A stretch of 64,000 nucleotides of DNA. Source: Catajapyx aquilonaris (lineage: Eukaryota). The notes below the pieces were generated by a model. It was not told where the DNA came from. It saw only the letters and a program-made list of their open reading frames with translations, and did not search any database. Location: NCBI GenBank assembly GCA_000934665.2, contig KZ538520.1:1-64000 (forward strand). Reading direction: 5' to 3'. Made by a program: the position numbers and the translations under genes. Below are positions 37,263 to 50,470 of the stretch, piece after piece. Every line of letters begins with the position of its first letter. Within the stretch, counting starts at the first letter, position 1.

Positions 37263-38016
37263 ATGCCGAAATGGGATAACGACGAGGAAGCTGGCCCGAG
37301 TGGGATGTCCAAGCGGACACCGAGCCGAACTCCCAAGAGGCCTCAGCAAAGCAATACATTGTTGAACTATTTCACTCGAACTCCGGTGAGTGAGGACAAG
37401 CGAGCCCGGACTGATGAGAAGACCACCGACAAGGGCGCGACTTCAGGTGGCGATGAAGTACGAAGGAAGAAGGCAAGCCCTATGATAGTTGACCAATGTA
37501 CAACCCCGAAGCGGAAAAGGATAAGCCGAAGGAGTGAGGCAGGTGGAAACATCAAGAAGGAGTGGACTGCAGGTGACCTGGCATGGGCCAAACTAGAAGG
37601 CTACCCCTGGTGGCCGAGCTTGGTGTGTACATCCCCAAAGGGTATCACACAAAAAAATGGCAAGATCCACGTTCAATTTTTCGATGAACCCCCAACCAGA
37701 GCCTGGGTATCGCGCACCATGATGCGAGAGTATAATGATGCAGATTCTCAGCCCCCTGCCATGCCTCCCAAGAGCAAGGTTAGCAGAAATGACATTGGTT
37801 GGGATCAACCTAGTTGGGATAATGCTTGCAAGGAAGCAGTGCAAGCTCTTGCGATCCCTAGAGAGGATCGACACAAGCTGGTGGTTGAAATGGAGGAGTC
37901 GGGAGAAGAGCCTGAAGAGCCTGGAGAGTCAGACAGTGATTGCTCGCCACCCGGCAAGAAGACTCGCCAGGATCTACCTTCAGATTTAGAGGACTCGGAG
38001 GATGAGTATAAGCCAG
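37263..38016 (+). CDS. MSH6: MSH6-like N-terminal coding exon (PCNA-interacting PIP box + PWWP domain + acidic region); downstream MutS exons not found
   Basis: ATG at 37263. Contains a PIP-like box (QQSNTLLNYF), a PWWP domain (GDLAWAKLEGYPWWPSLV...HVQFFDEPPTRAWV) and an acidic stretch (DSEDEYKP). It ends at a phase-1 donor, CCAG|gtaggc, at 38016. The PIP+PWWP arrangement is typical of metazoan MSH6. Confidence 0.75.
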
Positions 38017-39422
38017 GTAGGCATAAAAGCATGAGGACAGACATGCCCTTTTTTTTCTCTACTGCTCAGTTGTAGCTCACAGAAAATTTTTGCCCTGCCA
38101 AATGGGTGATTTTACTGCAACCAACCCTGCAACTGCTAATGCAGATCAGTTTTAGCCTGGGTATCTGCAGTTTTGACCTTTACCAGTGCATAATATCTTG
38201 GTTGAGTGAATTTGTGTTGCAGGTCTAGCTTCACATTATTTGAGGAGTGTGGTGGGAAAATGTGATTACCTTAATTTTTGTCATTTTTTACCTCAGCACC
38301 TAACAACTATGTAAAAGACCTGACAAACAGTTTGGTATACTCAAAGTGCACGTATCATGCATGAAACAACCACACAGACTTTAGATCAAAACCCGAATTC
38401 TCTATGATTTGTGAAGAGAATGCAAACTTAAATTCTCTCTCCTGGACAATTAGATCTCTGTGGATTATCAGATTTTTCCACCACACCCCTCATTTTTAGC
38501 TGTCACTGTCATGTCCCTTGGAGTTTAAAAATGTTAATCAACAACAACTAATGCACTACAGATTCCATTTTATATTTATTTTACAAGGTGATAAGATACT
38601 ACATTCTGTAAACACCATCGCAACACAGTCACGCACCTTCCATGCATTCCTACCATGTACAGCTAAACTGAATTCCTCTTCAATACGCCGGAAAAAATTT
38701 AACACCACTAAAAATAACGTTTCTACTTTTTTCTTCAATAACTATTCGCAATTTGGTTTCTTCTTTAAAGGGCTGAATGTGCAATAGGGCGGTGCAGATC
38801 TGAGTTCAAAACCGAACAGTTCCACATGCGACAGGATTGGAGTAATGAATTATTTGTCTTATTTTTCCCCATCACTACTTCATTAGTTTATGACAAAGAG
38901 TTCTGCTATAATATACCGTATACTATATACCTAGAGGAAGTACTCCCTGTCCTTTCCCATTAGACAGGCTGAGGCAGCCTCCATCTTTACTTGAGTCATA
39001 TTGTTGTTCTAGCAGTTGTCTAGCAACTGGGACAACAACCAATAATGACAACCAGGGTCACCTACATGAGTGCCTCCCCCACCTAGACAGGGTATTGTCT
39101 CTCCGCCATATTGGAGCTAATTCACATAGGAGCTACATGCAGTGAAAAAAAAACAATTGATGACTTTCCAGTTGCACGCTCCTAGCGGCCAAATTTGACC
39201 TGCCATCAAAATGGCGGCGTTAGATATGCAGAGGCGGGATTTTCCTATCCCTGCCCATGTTAAATGGCCTCTGCTTGCTCGCCTCTGGGGGTCTGGCCCC
39301 GGGGCAAATCTTGTTGACATATTTTTTTCTGGAGTGAGGAGGTTCCTGGCCTGCCCTCACCAGGTTCCAAAACGTGTCCAGGAATATCCGGCATCGCCTC
39401 TTTCCACAAGGCGTAATGGGGC

Positions 39423-39763
39423 CTTACTTAAAACCGCTGTAGCTTTGTCATTAATTACACTAAGCGCATGATTTTAACATGTGAATGAGATATTTATGGG
39501 TATAACATGAATTGGCAGCCAAAAATTAAATACCCCCATAATTACGTAAGATATCCAGGAACATTTCCAGCAACGCTATTCTGCTATGCAAAATTAAGAC
39601 CTTGCTGAAAACCGCTGTAGCTTTGTCATTAATTACACTAATCACAAAATTCCAGGATGTGAATGAGATATTGATGTGTATAACATGAATTGGCATCCAA
39701 AAATTAAATGCTCCCATAATTACGTAAGCTATCCAGGAACATTTCCAGCATCGCTATTCTGCT
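39423..39763 (+). repeat. Direct tandem duplication (~178 bp x2)
   Basis: AAAACCGCTGTAGCTTTGTCATTAATTACACTAA...CCAGGAACATTTCCAGCA is repeated. Confidence 0.75.
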
Positions 39764-40447
39764 TCCAAAATACATCATATGGGGGCCTATATAACTCCGA
39801 ATGTCCTGAATATTCTACTGTATGAATCATTATGCTGGGGCTTTGACGTGTGGGAAATACGATAAACATGCTTCGGTAATGATCGGTCGATCAGGAAGGT
39901 CTTAATTTGGTGTCTCGAAGTTATAATTATGATCAAATGTTCAAATCCATTTCCCTTCTGCCTGGTATATCCTGAGTGTAGTTGGCATCACGGCAAGACA
40001 ACCAGGGGCCTCGGGCGAGGTCGCGATAACTGGTAAGTGCTGTACCCGGGTGGGGGGGGGGNGGGGGGGGGGCAGCGGGCGGCAGAAAGGATTAGGATTA
40101 AAACTACTGATAATGCGACAACTGTTTCGAAAATAGCATGGTCACATACCACAACAACTCTGCTTGACTTCTTTTCCTAGCAACGTTAATTTTTATACGA
40201 GGGCGAATCAGAAAGTAATTGAAACCTTTTTTTTTAATTCAGAAGTTTTTGATCAATGACGAAATAGGATTGTATAGAACCTTACCTGGGCTTGGAATAT
40301 CGCAAAATCAGCAAAGTAGTCACAACTGTTTGGACATTAGTAAAGTTATACCATGAAATCCTCTGAAATGCAGAAGCAAGTGAAAGAAATGAAAAGCTTG
40401 ATTCGACTTCCAAATTTAACTGTGGAATGGAAAATAATTGGGATTAA

Positions 40448-41717
40448 CCCCTTGAGCCCCAGCTATACCGCCATCGCCTAGATTTTCGTTTCTGTTAAAC
40501 TTACATGTACTCCGAGGATAAAAAATAAGATATTTTACCAATAATAACAGCTATACTTACACGTTCATGCTCTACTCTATGTATGTGTTTGGAACCAGTT
40601 TCATCGTCTATAAGTGAAGAAACTAATTTCCCAAAGGATCGCCGCAGAGTATAGCTATACTACCATCTCCTAGTTTTTGTCTAGCACGTACTCTGAAGAT
40701 AATTATAAGATATTTTACAAATAATAACAGCTATATTGCCACGTTCAGGGAAAACATAACGTATATCTTGAAAACTATTTGTCTTGTCTAGAAGTTTCTA
40801 AATTAATTTCCAAAACGATCGCTGTAAATTCCATCGCCTAGATTTTCGCTTGCACTTACTCTGAAGATAAGGACAAGATATTTCACAAATAATAACAGAT
40901 ACACTTACACGTTCATGCTCTACACTATGAATGCGTTGGGAACAATTTTAACTTGTCTAGACGTCCCTAAATTAATTTTCAAAAGTAATAAATTCAATTA
41001 CTGTACTACTGGCCAACCGTTTGGCCACCGCCTATAGATTTTCCCTTGCACGTACTCTGAAGATAGGGACAATATATTTTACAAAATAATAACAGCTATA
41101 CTTATATGTTCCTTGAAAATGCTATGAATGTGTTAGGAACAATATTCCTCGGCTAGAAGTTCCTAAATTAATTTCCAAAAAGATCGCAGTAAAAAAACTA
41201 GAAATTCGAGAACTGTCGGCCAACTGTTAGGCTGATTTAATTATGTAATACATTAAAATATACTGAATATTAACCTTGAGAACCTTGCCAGACGAAGTTG
41301 TTTAAATCGTCGTACTTCGCGAGAAATAAATAGTCTATGAATTTGAGAGATTTCCGAAGTAAACAGGAACGCCGCAAATAAGAAATACTTTATTTCTCGC
41401 AAAGTACGACAATTACAGCAAATTCGTCTGGCACTATTCTCAATATTGTTATTCCGTGTATTTCAACATATTTCATAATTAAATCAGCCAAGTAGTTGGC
41501 CGGAAGTACTCGAATTTAGAGTTTTACAGCGATATTTTTGGAAATTAATTTAGGGACTTCTACACGAGGAAAAATGTTCCAGACACATTCACAGTGTTTT
41601 CCCTGATCGGCTAAGTACAGTACAGCTGTTATTGTTTGTAAAATATCTTGTCCGTATTTTCAGAGTACTCGTAAGCGGAAAACTAGGCGATGGCGGGTAT
41701 AGATGGGGCTCAAGGGG
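40448..41717. mobile_element. piggyBac-like non-autonomous element with internal ~175-bp tandem units
   Basis: TTAA|CCCCTTGAGCCCCA ... TGGGGCTCAAGGGG|TTAA. Four direct units (TACTCTGAAGATA...AATAATAACAG) lie on the left and one inverted unit on the right. Confidence 0.8.
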
Positions 41718-42392
41718 TTAATTAGAAATGGAACAAAAACCTATTGGCTATAGTTCTTGTTGGTATTGCTCCATATTAGAATTCCTCCAATATTACACCA
41801 TTTCAGTCTCCAATAAAAATGAAATGTTTGAACTTCAAATTGGCTATCTTATTCGAGAATATTTCTAATATATTGAAGGCTGTTTTGACTGATAATATTG
41901 GTCCATAAAATATGTCCTTTACATGCATTTTAAAAATTCGCGTTCAAATATGACTGGATGTGACTAAAATTAACTAAAAAGTGCCACAAAATGACTTCTT
42001 TTTAAGACAAAATACGAAGATTGCAAAATACAAAATTCAAGCGTTGCATTTACCTCATCTGGAATAAATGCAATACTAACTGACCAACCCCTACGATATT
42101 GGGTGTTGCTGGAATTGTGACGTAATTCCAACACTGCTGGAAAATATATATATTTAAATTTTTCTGAAATTTTCTTTTTAACGTAAAGTAAATGTAAAAT
42201 TGAAAAGAGCTGATAACACGCAATTTTCACTTCATTTTTTAAAAACTTTGAGCGGCTGTAGAAAAATGGACCAAAAACATTTGGAGGTGGCTCAAGGTGG
42301 CTTCAACCCTCAAAATACCACATATGGTGTCTAGATCACGAAAAAATTTTAAACTGGCTTTTGGCTCGAAGTGCATAATTCGGTAAGAAATG

Positions 42393-43728
42393 TATGGGGA
42401 GGGAAAAGGGAAAATATTACCAATGAAAATTTAAGCATGGTCAAACAGAAACAAGTGCGGAAAAAAAGTTTGTGGCCAAAAAAAAGCGTGGGAAAAGAAA
42501 TATATGGGCAAAAATAAGCATGGGCAAAAAAAGCATGGGCAAAAAAAAGCGTGGGCAAAAAAAAGCGTGGGCAAAAAAAAGCATGGGCAAAAAAAGCATG
42601 GGCAAAAAAAAAACATGCGCAAAAAAAAGCGTGGGCACGGAAAATATTCGGCCAGAATAGGGGAACAGTTATATTACAATAGCTGCTAGATGCTAACCAG
42701 TTAGTACTTTGATCCGCTATCCGCTATGCGCTGCATAGGGTTCAAGATAGGGTTGCAGGTTGCATATAAGCGTGTATCTGCTGAAGATAGGCGTGTATCC
42801 GCTGAAGATAGGGCTGTATCCGCAACGAAGGAAGGTTAGGCTGGGTTAGGTTGGGTTAGTACATAGTACCCCAACCCCCTGTGTATCCGCTGAAGATAGG
42901 CGTGTATCCGCTGAAGATAGGGCTGTATCCGCAACGAACGAAGGTTAGGTTGGGTTAGTATATCGTACCCCAACCCCCTGTGTATCCGCTGAAGATAGGC
43001 GTGTATCCGCTGAAGATAGGGCTGTATCCGCAACGAAGGAAGGTTAGGTTAGGTTAGTACACCGTACCCCTACCCCCTGACACACGAAACAGTGACAATG
43101 AATATTCCAGGACATTAACACTCTTGATCTTGGTGATAATATCAGAGACCGGTTCGAAGCTAGTCCAGGCATGAACGGTGTCGTAGTGTAGTGCTTAGGG
43201 TTAGGGACTATAAATCATAGGGTCGTGGGTTCGAACCCCGTCGAGTCGCCTTTTTTTCCCTCGTTTTAACCCATTTCTCTTTGTTTTCATCACTTTCTTT
43301 TTCACTCCCCTGCCAACTAATATATTTACTTTCGCAAACAACAGAGAGGTGCATTTTAAATCGCATAATTATGTCATTTACTACGGCCAACACAGCCCAA
43401 CCACTCGATCATGGAATAGCGGATAACATCAGCTGCTACTGAGTCACCTAATGCCATAATAGCTAATATAGTTTCTGGCTAGCGGCTACGCGCTAGGAGC
43501 CCCCAAAGCTTTTTTTTGCCCATGCTTTTTTTTGCCCATGCTTTTTTTTGCCCACGCTTTTTTTTGCCCATGCTTTTTTTGCCCATGCTTTTTTTTGCCC
43601 ACACTTTTTTTTTGCCCACATATTTCTTTGCCCACGCTTTTTTTGGCCACAAACTTTTTTTCCACACTTGTTTCTGGTTGACCATGCTTAAATTTCCTTG
43701 GTAATATTTTCCCTTTTCCCTCCCCATA
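42393..43728. mobile_element. Foldback element with ~220-bp TIRs containing (GCRTGGGCAAAAAAAA)n arrays, internal tandem repeats and a tRNA-like unit
   Basis: TATGGGGAGGGAAAAGGGAAAATATTACCAA ... TTGGTAATATTTTCCCTTTTCCCTCCCCATA, flanked by GAAATG on both sides. ~100-bp tandem units lie at 42770-43080. Confidence 0.8.
43177..43250 (+). pseudogene. Degenerate tRNA-like unit followed by T7
   Basis: A-box-like TAGTGTAGTG, B-box GGTTCGAACCC, GGTG../..CGCC ends, and an oligo-T immediately downstream. Confidence 0.5.
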
Positions 43729-44286
43729 GAAATGCCTCGAAGCAAAATAGATAAGTGAGAAAGGAGGGGACGGAGATTACTAAACCTGTTCGCCCCACTG
43801 AAAGACAGGAGGGCATCTTACTACTGGACTTTCAGGGAATACCTGGCAGAGGGTTCTGATTGCAATCAACTTTTAGTAAAATCCCCCTACAGTAAAAATT
43901 AGGCACTATTTGGGCCATGTCCGGGAATCCTGGACACGTGAAAATGACCTTTCGACGTCACACAAAGCAACTGGATCATTCTTGAAAAGTTAAATGTCTT
44001 GTACTGTACAGCCAGTTGATACGGCATGTCTATATGTGCCCATCAAAATATGGGTCAAGAGGTCAATATGAGCAGGTCATTTTATGTAGGTTTTTCATAC
44101 GGTGGGGTGGGCTAAATAAGCAACAAATTTGAAGACAATCGGTTGGAAACTACGTGATTTGATAATTTGACCTGTGCCCTCCAAAATAGGGGTCAAGAGG
44201 TCAATATGAGCAGGTCACTTATATAGATTTTTCATCCCTTGGGGGCCAATAAGGTATTCCAAACCCCCAGAACCCCCCACCCCACC

Positions 44287-44464
44287 ACCTTGGTTGTGAA
44301 CTACGATCTGCCCATTGATCGAATAGGAAGAGCCGACTGTAATACATACATACATCGCATTGGCCGCACAGGAAGGTTTGGACAGGCGGCACTTGCAATT
44401 ACTCTGGTGGAGGATCTTGATGGCATTTCCATGAATCTCCTCAGGCAGATCGAGAATCACTTTG
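44287..44464 (+). pseudogene. DDX19: Isolated C-terminal exon fragment of a DEAD-box helicase of the DDX19/Dbp5 (Dbp80) type
   Basis: [32 protein letters not shown] (motif [12 protein letters not shown]) ... [12 protein letters not shown], ending at a donor G|gttagc. The 5' side is fused to repeat DNA with no acceptor, and no other helicase exons were seen. Confidence 0.75.
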
Positions 44465-44928
44465 GTTAGCTATAACATATTGTTAGAGGTTAAAAGTGCA
44501 GTCAGGTTTATGTAAAAATTTGTAGTGTCTATAGCAGTGATTTTCCAAGTGGGCTACTTCTCAGAGGCCTTCTTATTGGGAGAGGGAGGGGGGCGCTGTG
44601 AAATGGTCAAAAATTCAATTCCTTATTAGAGTTTACTTGCAAATGACAATATGCTTATGGGATTAAGTGAGCCTGCAGGCCATGCCATGAATAATATATT
44701 TAGCAAGTTTAAATAGACCTCGCACACTGTTAGGTCCCTTCAACCAGGTTGGGTGGGACTGCACCTGTGCAGGGAGGAAAAAGTCTGCTGAACATTCTTT
44801 TTTCTGCCTCCAGATGCTACTCTCATCCAATTTTCCTGTCAGTCCTTTCCTGATCATGTCAATAACACTATTTCAAATACTCTCTTATTAGCCATATTTT
44901 TGACAGCAAAATTTAATTTCTTATTGCT

Positions 44929-47900
44929 TGTAACCTATTTCTGCATACCAAATTGACTCCACTGCATAATATAAAGCAAAAATAAACTTTTCTTCATGTG
45001 TAATATTACTCATGAATCATGATTATAAAAGCCTGAGTGCGACCTCAGAGGTCAAAGGTTACCTTCTATGCCGATTACATAATCAGAACACAGACTGCCT
45101 CGTTACGCTTTGCTTTAATGATCAAGGTAGGATTACAGCACTTGTTACAGCTCACCTCAGGGGAGACGACCCACCAAGCGTCCGCCCTACTTGGCTGCCT
45201 ACACTCGACTCTCTCCTCCCTCTCCCCCGCCTCCCCCCTCCCCGCCGCCGGCAAGTGGTGCCTCTCCCGGCGGGGAAGAGCAAGGCGGGCAGTACAATTC
45301 TGTCACATCACCCCGGACACTAGCTTGAGTGACCAGGAGGAACTCACCAAACATTACAAAAAATATCAATGTGATGTGGCGGGGGGTGGGGGTAAAAGGG
45401 AAAACAGTTTGTCCAAAGTGCCGGTTCATCTCCAGCCGTCCACATCCGGATGGTCTCGGGCTTTCGCTGGGCTGCAACCTCCTCTCTAAACCACTGCTTC
45501 ACGCCGGGTCAGCATCCAGACAGCCCCCACGCCAGCGGTGCACCAACGTCCTGGTCCATCCCGCATGACACCATGTCCGGCGCCTCTACGTAGCTCACTG
45601 GCAGTCTCGGTCGCCAGCTAACTCACGCCTGTAGCCCAGACCATGGCCGCCAGGCATGCGGCGAGGTCACCCCAGCGTCGTCCCGAACTGTCCAACACCA
45701 CACCCGGGTGTCACAGAAGTCGAGCACTTGCCAACACCAACACATCAGGACCCAAAAGGATTAACAGGGGGGGAGGGGGGGGACGGGATTAGGGAGGAAA
45801 AGGGATGGGTATCCACCACAAAACAACTTCCAAAAAAAATCAAACAAAAGTTCAAAAGCTTGAAAAATTCCGGAGTTCAAAAGTTCACAAGGCATTTTTT
45901 AAAAAGGAATTCAAAAAAATTCTAAGAGTTCCAAGCAGAGCTCAGTTTTAAACCACAAAAACAAAAATACCAATCATTTAAAAAAAATTCACGACTAAAA
46001 AAGGAAACACTGGGGGCTACCCCATGCACAGTTCATCACATCCTCTGGAGTCACAACCAGCAGCCGAAGAACCAGCCAGGAGAAGAGCTCCACCATCCAA
46101 CTCTCCACCATGGTGAACTTCAGACATCCTGTCACAGGAGTCAGGGCAGCCAATGCCGATCTAAGTGGCACTTACAGCATGGGGTCATCAGCCACAGATG
46201 TGTCCGCCTCCGAGGAGAATGAAGGCGTCAAACGTCAAAGTCCCAGTCAACCGTTGGTGGTGGCGTCACAGCGTCAAAGTCCATGGTACTCAGCAGTACC
46301 AATTCAAAATTAATTAATCGTAGGGGAGTCAAAAAGTGTCAGAAGCTTCAGACTACTGCAGAAAGCGTGTCACCGGGGGGCCAAATCCCCGGGAACCCAC
46401 GTAATAGCTAGAGTCCGAACTGAGCCACCAGTCAGCGCTCTGACAAGAACCGTTCCCTTCAGAAATGGAACGTACTCCCACGACCAACTGCGTCCAAACC
46501 CACGTGCTTAGCAGCACTCTAGTGGGTCCTTCAGCCAAGCCACCACTTGAGCCTCACTCCAGATCGTCTCCAAAGACCAAACTGAGAGCGACAAGGCCCA
46601 AAATGAAAATGGCTGGCGACAGCTCAACCACAGGTGGGAGGGGAGAGGAGGGGGGTAACCAGGCTGCCGAATGCCTTCCCGGCCATCGACTGTGCCAACA
46701 TGTCCACGCCTCACCGACCGGACGACCAGGACCAGGTCACCAGATGCACACGGCCATCGGTTTACGACCTGTCCCCGCCCGGCCAGAGCGTCCAGGACCA
46801 GGGAATCAGGGGAGGGGGGATGAGGCCTAGGTACTGACAGGACTGTGCTTGCACCAGGCACGTCCGCCTTTTTCTCCAGACCTGCATCCCGCACCAAAGG
46901 AAGGGCATCGCCACCACGTGTGCCACCCCATGCTACACTTCGCCGTTTAGAAACGACTCCAAGTGGTCACAGGGTGCCGTCCATCTTACAGATGGACCGG
47001 CTCTAGCGGGCCTGAAAAGTTACAGCGCCCCATGATCTACCTAGATCACCGCATGCACATACGTATCAGATCGCTAGGAGCTCCATGTCCGTGGCGAAAC
47101 AGGAGAGCTCCTCCCAACTGGAGAAACAATCGGTCTGCTTGCAACAGCACAGGGGCTACCAAGCCCCGTATCATCCCCATGCAGAGGACTGACCCTATCG
47201 CAAAGCATTTCGGAGTTCCCGCGCAGACTGCTCTCAAAGAGCTTCTCTTTTCACTCCCTAGATGGCAAGGGAGGTCCAACACTCCAGTGGGGGCTTAGCA
47301 AAGCCACGCGTTCTCCCGCCCACCAACAGACGGCGCGGGAGTGCAGTGCCCGTCCTCTCCCTTTCCAAAAGGGAGGGAAGAGGAGGGGAGGAGGAGGGGG
47401 GGGCTTCACAAAGCCCCCCTCACTCCAACACCCTCCTAAAGACGTCTCCAGCCTAGTGCGGGACCCGATTCCTCCAATCAGGGGGCTGGAGAGGAGCGAG
47501 TTGGAACGGAGTAATGGCGAATGGCGGGGCGGTGCACCATCACCACTGGTGCCGGCCAACAAGACCGGCAACAGCCCCTGGCTCTCCCGCTAAGGAGCGT
47601 GGAGAGACCACGAGGTGCTGAAAAACGGCCATCTTGGGCCTTTTTCAGGTTCTCGGTTCCTTTGTGCCGTACTCGGTCAAGGCCTCGTGCGGCTCTTTCC
47701 TCACGGAAAATATGGACCTTAAAAGGTCGGCATTTCCTTCCCCGGTACTCGGGCGACCTATGCAGGTCCGTACGCCCGAGTAACGAACTGGGGATACCAG
47801 ACTACCTTATTAAAGCAAAGCAAAGCGGGTGTGGGTGGGCGGCTTGACCTTAATGCGGTCCTGCCGCCCCACGTTGGGCGCCAATTTGGCCTGCAGTAGG

Positions 47901-48263
47901 CCACTGATCCTACTCAGGACCCCAGAAACCCTAAGCCCCAAAGCAAACACTCACAGTTCGGGCAACTCCTTTCTTTTATTCTTCCACGAGCTCAGCAAAT
48001 ACACGTCCGTCCCCTTGGTCTCTTCTTGGCTCTCTCTTCATTTCCCTTGCCTCCCGCTAGGCGGCTCCCCACACGGCCACCAACTGCCACTTTCCAGGGG
48101 AGCCAACCTAGGGGAGGCGCGGGCCATACAAACACGACCCCACATGCCTCGCCTTAATCCCAGATACTTGTACCCCTGACCGCCGTCAGCCAGACCAAGC
48201 TGCTCAAGACCAAGCCGATAGGCCAGGTGCGGGGAGGCCGCCGTGCCCGATAAGGGGTTTACA
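44929..48263 (-). mobile_element. Degenerate LTR retroelement region (gypsy-like)
   Basis: Minus-strand LTR-like segment 48263-47887 (TG...CA, AATAAA), followed after 3 nt by an 18-nt primer binding site TGGCGCCCAACGTGGGGC (47883-47866) complementary to the tRNA-Lys(CTT) 3' end. The interior is GC-rich and no pol motifs were recognised. A second, dissimilar LTR-like segment lies at 45307-44929. Confidence 0.6.
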
Positions 48264-48580
48264 TGCAAATGTAGCTTATCAAAACTGCAGATTGCAGAAT
48301 TTAAATTTTCTGTCAAAATGAAGGGAATCAATAGCTCACTGAAATACAAGTAGTTATTGGAACTAATAAAAGAGGCAGTGTATGAATAGAGGCTCATCAG
48401 ACTGTCAATCAAGGAGGGCCCTTGCAGGTAAAGGGATGACAATGTGAATGAAGGTCAAAGTAGGAACACCTGTTCAATCAAGTCGCAGGCAGGCAGTCGC
48501 ATTTTGGCAATTATTAAATACTATCTATCAGGAGTTAATGCTTGGGAGTAAGCAAAATCCATGAAGACATATAATAATAA

Positions 48581-48882
48581 CTAGCAGGTTACCCGGCGTT
48601 GCCCGGGTAAGTTATGGTGGTAGGCCTACAATGTAATGAGGGCATTACCATGGAAATCTATGAATATTGTTAAATAGGTAATTGACAATTGGTTAATTGG
48701 GAATATGCGTGTTATGGGTGTTAGGTACATTTTCGGAAGCTGAAACATGCGGCATTAAATTCCTTGAAAAATGTAACTCCCGATATGCTAATTTAAGGCG
48801 GTGTAGGGGCCTTCCCCCGGATTTCTATAAGGGACAAACAAACAAACAAATTGACAAACTTCCTTATTTATAGAGATAGAGA
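48581..48882 (-). mobile_element. Non-autonomous Helitron
   Basis: Minus strand: 5' end A|TCTCTATCTCTATAAA..(TTTG)n, and a 3' hairpin CCCGGGCAACGCCGGG followed by CTAG|T. Confidence 0.8.
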
Positions 48883-50470
48883 TAATAATAATAATAATTG
48901 TTGTTGTTGTTGTTATTGTTATTGTTATTTCTATTTGCAGGTCGGAAAATTGTCGAACTGGACAGTGGCAGTGTGGATGAACTAGAAAAGCACTTCCAGG
49001 ATTACTAATTGTTTTCCATGTGCCTGGTTGAAAGGGAGTTGTGTACAGATAAAGGATGTAGTAGTAAAAATAGAACACTTTATGAAATAAGTACCAAAAA
49101 TCTAATGATTGCTTCTATCATTGTAGTGGAGGAGAGTATAAAAAATCCTGAAAATATAAACAACTTTTAAAAATATTAATAAAAAAGTTGCGGTACATAG
49201 TTGGGCGCCAAGTTGCCCAACTATGGTCCATGATTTATTGATCATGATATTACGTTATTAAACATTCTTACATTGCATATCTTTATGATAATGCATTTTC
49301 AAATCCAAAATAATAATTAATTCACGCTTCACTTTCCGTTACTTTTTGATATGGAAAAATAAAATAAACGGAGTAACGCAGTGGATCTCAAACTCTGCCA
49401 CATCGGGCTCCCATAGAAAGAGTATTTTCAAATTTCACCCCCCCCCCCCNNNNNNNCCCCCCCCCCCCCCCGACCCCCGAACCGAATAAGCCCGCAGGCG
49501 GAAATTTATGTTTTGTTCAAGGTCACACAATCTTAGGTGAATGTCATAACTGACAAGGTACAGTGGAATCCTCCTATACTGTAAGCACATCGGATGATAT
49601 AAGGAAGTAGAAAGATCAGTCCATTCATATTTCCAGCAGTGCCAATGTCAAAGCGAAGTTGAATCCGGATATAACAGACTTGTCTGCTATTATCTGACTG
49701 CACAAATCCTTATTCGGAACTGCATATTTAGCTTTTAGAACTGCGCGAATTGTGTAGAACTGCACGCTACAGTAAGCCCTGAGAAGTAGTTCTTACCTAA
49801 TCAGTGCGACTTTTGTCCTGTTTCATGTCACATAATTTTTCGAATCACACACCCCCCCCCNTGCCACCCCTTCGCGCATAGATCAAGAAGAAAAAACGAT
49901 GAAAACAATATTTTATACAGTTATACAGTATACAAACATTCGTTCTTTATTTTCATTTTTATTTCCTGCGCAAAGCATACATTTATTTTATTGATTTAAA
50001 ATGCCCACACAATAAAATCTACCCTCCGAACCAGAGTCAATTTTATTTAAAAAGTAGTTTCACTAGCAGTCAATTACATAGTAGCCTACGTAGTCTACAT
50101 ATAAAACATAATGTTTTGACAATCTTCCATGTATTGGGCATCTCGGGCTGTGAACATTTTGGATCTTCAATTTTATTAATTTTAAGGCGCGCATGATGAT
50201 CAATTAATAATTAAGGCAATATTGATACAGACTGCCGTAAAATGTACATTGATATGGCCTGTAATCACAACATGCGTATATCCGTGAAGCACTAGCNNNN
50301 NNNNNNNNNNTGGGGGGGGGGGGGGGGGGGAGTTTATTATCATTGCCTAACATTTTTTTTACAGCTGTTCATTTTGAGGACTGTGTCAACATCACAGTTT
50401 TGCCCCTTTTTTCTACCTAATTCACATTTTTAAAATAATTGTCTCATATTTTTTTTACAGCTGTTCATTT

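Noticed and set aside
42349..43745. Lys-rich/Phe-rich ORFs and a CRISPR-like periodic pattern
   Set aside because: These are tandem subterminal repeats of a foldback element. There are no unique spacers and no cas genes, and the context is eukaryotic.
45012..48442. Many overlapping 60-150 aa ORFs
   Set aside because: Expected in a GC-rich LTR-element interior; no protein motifs were recognised.
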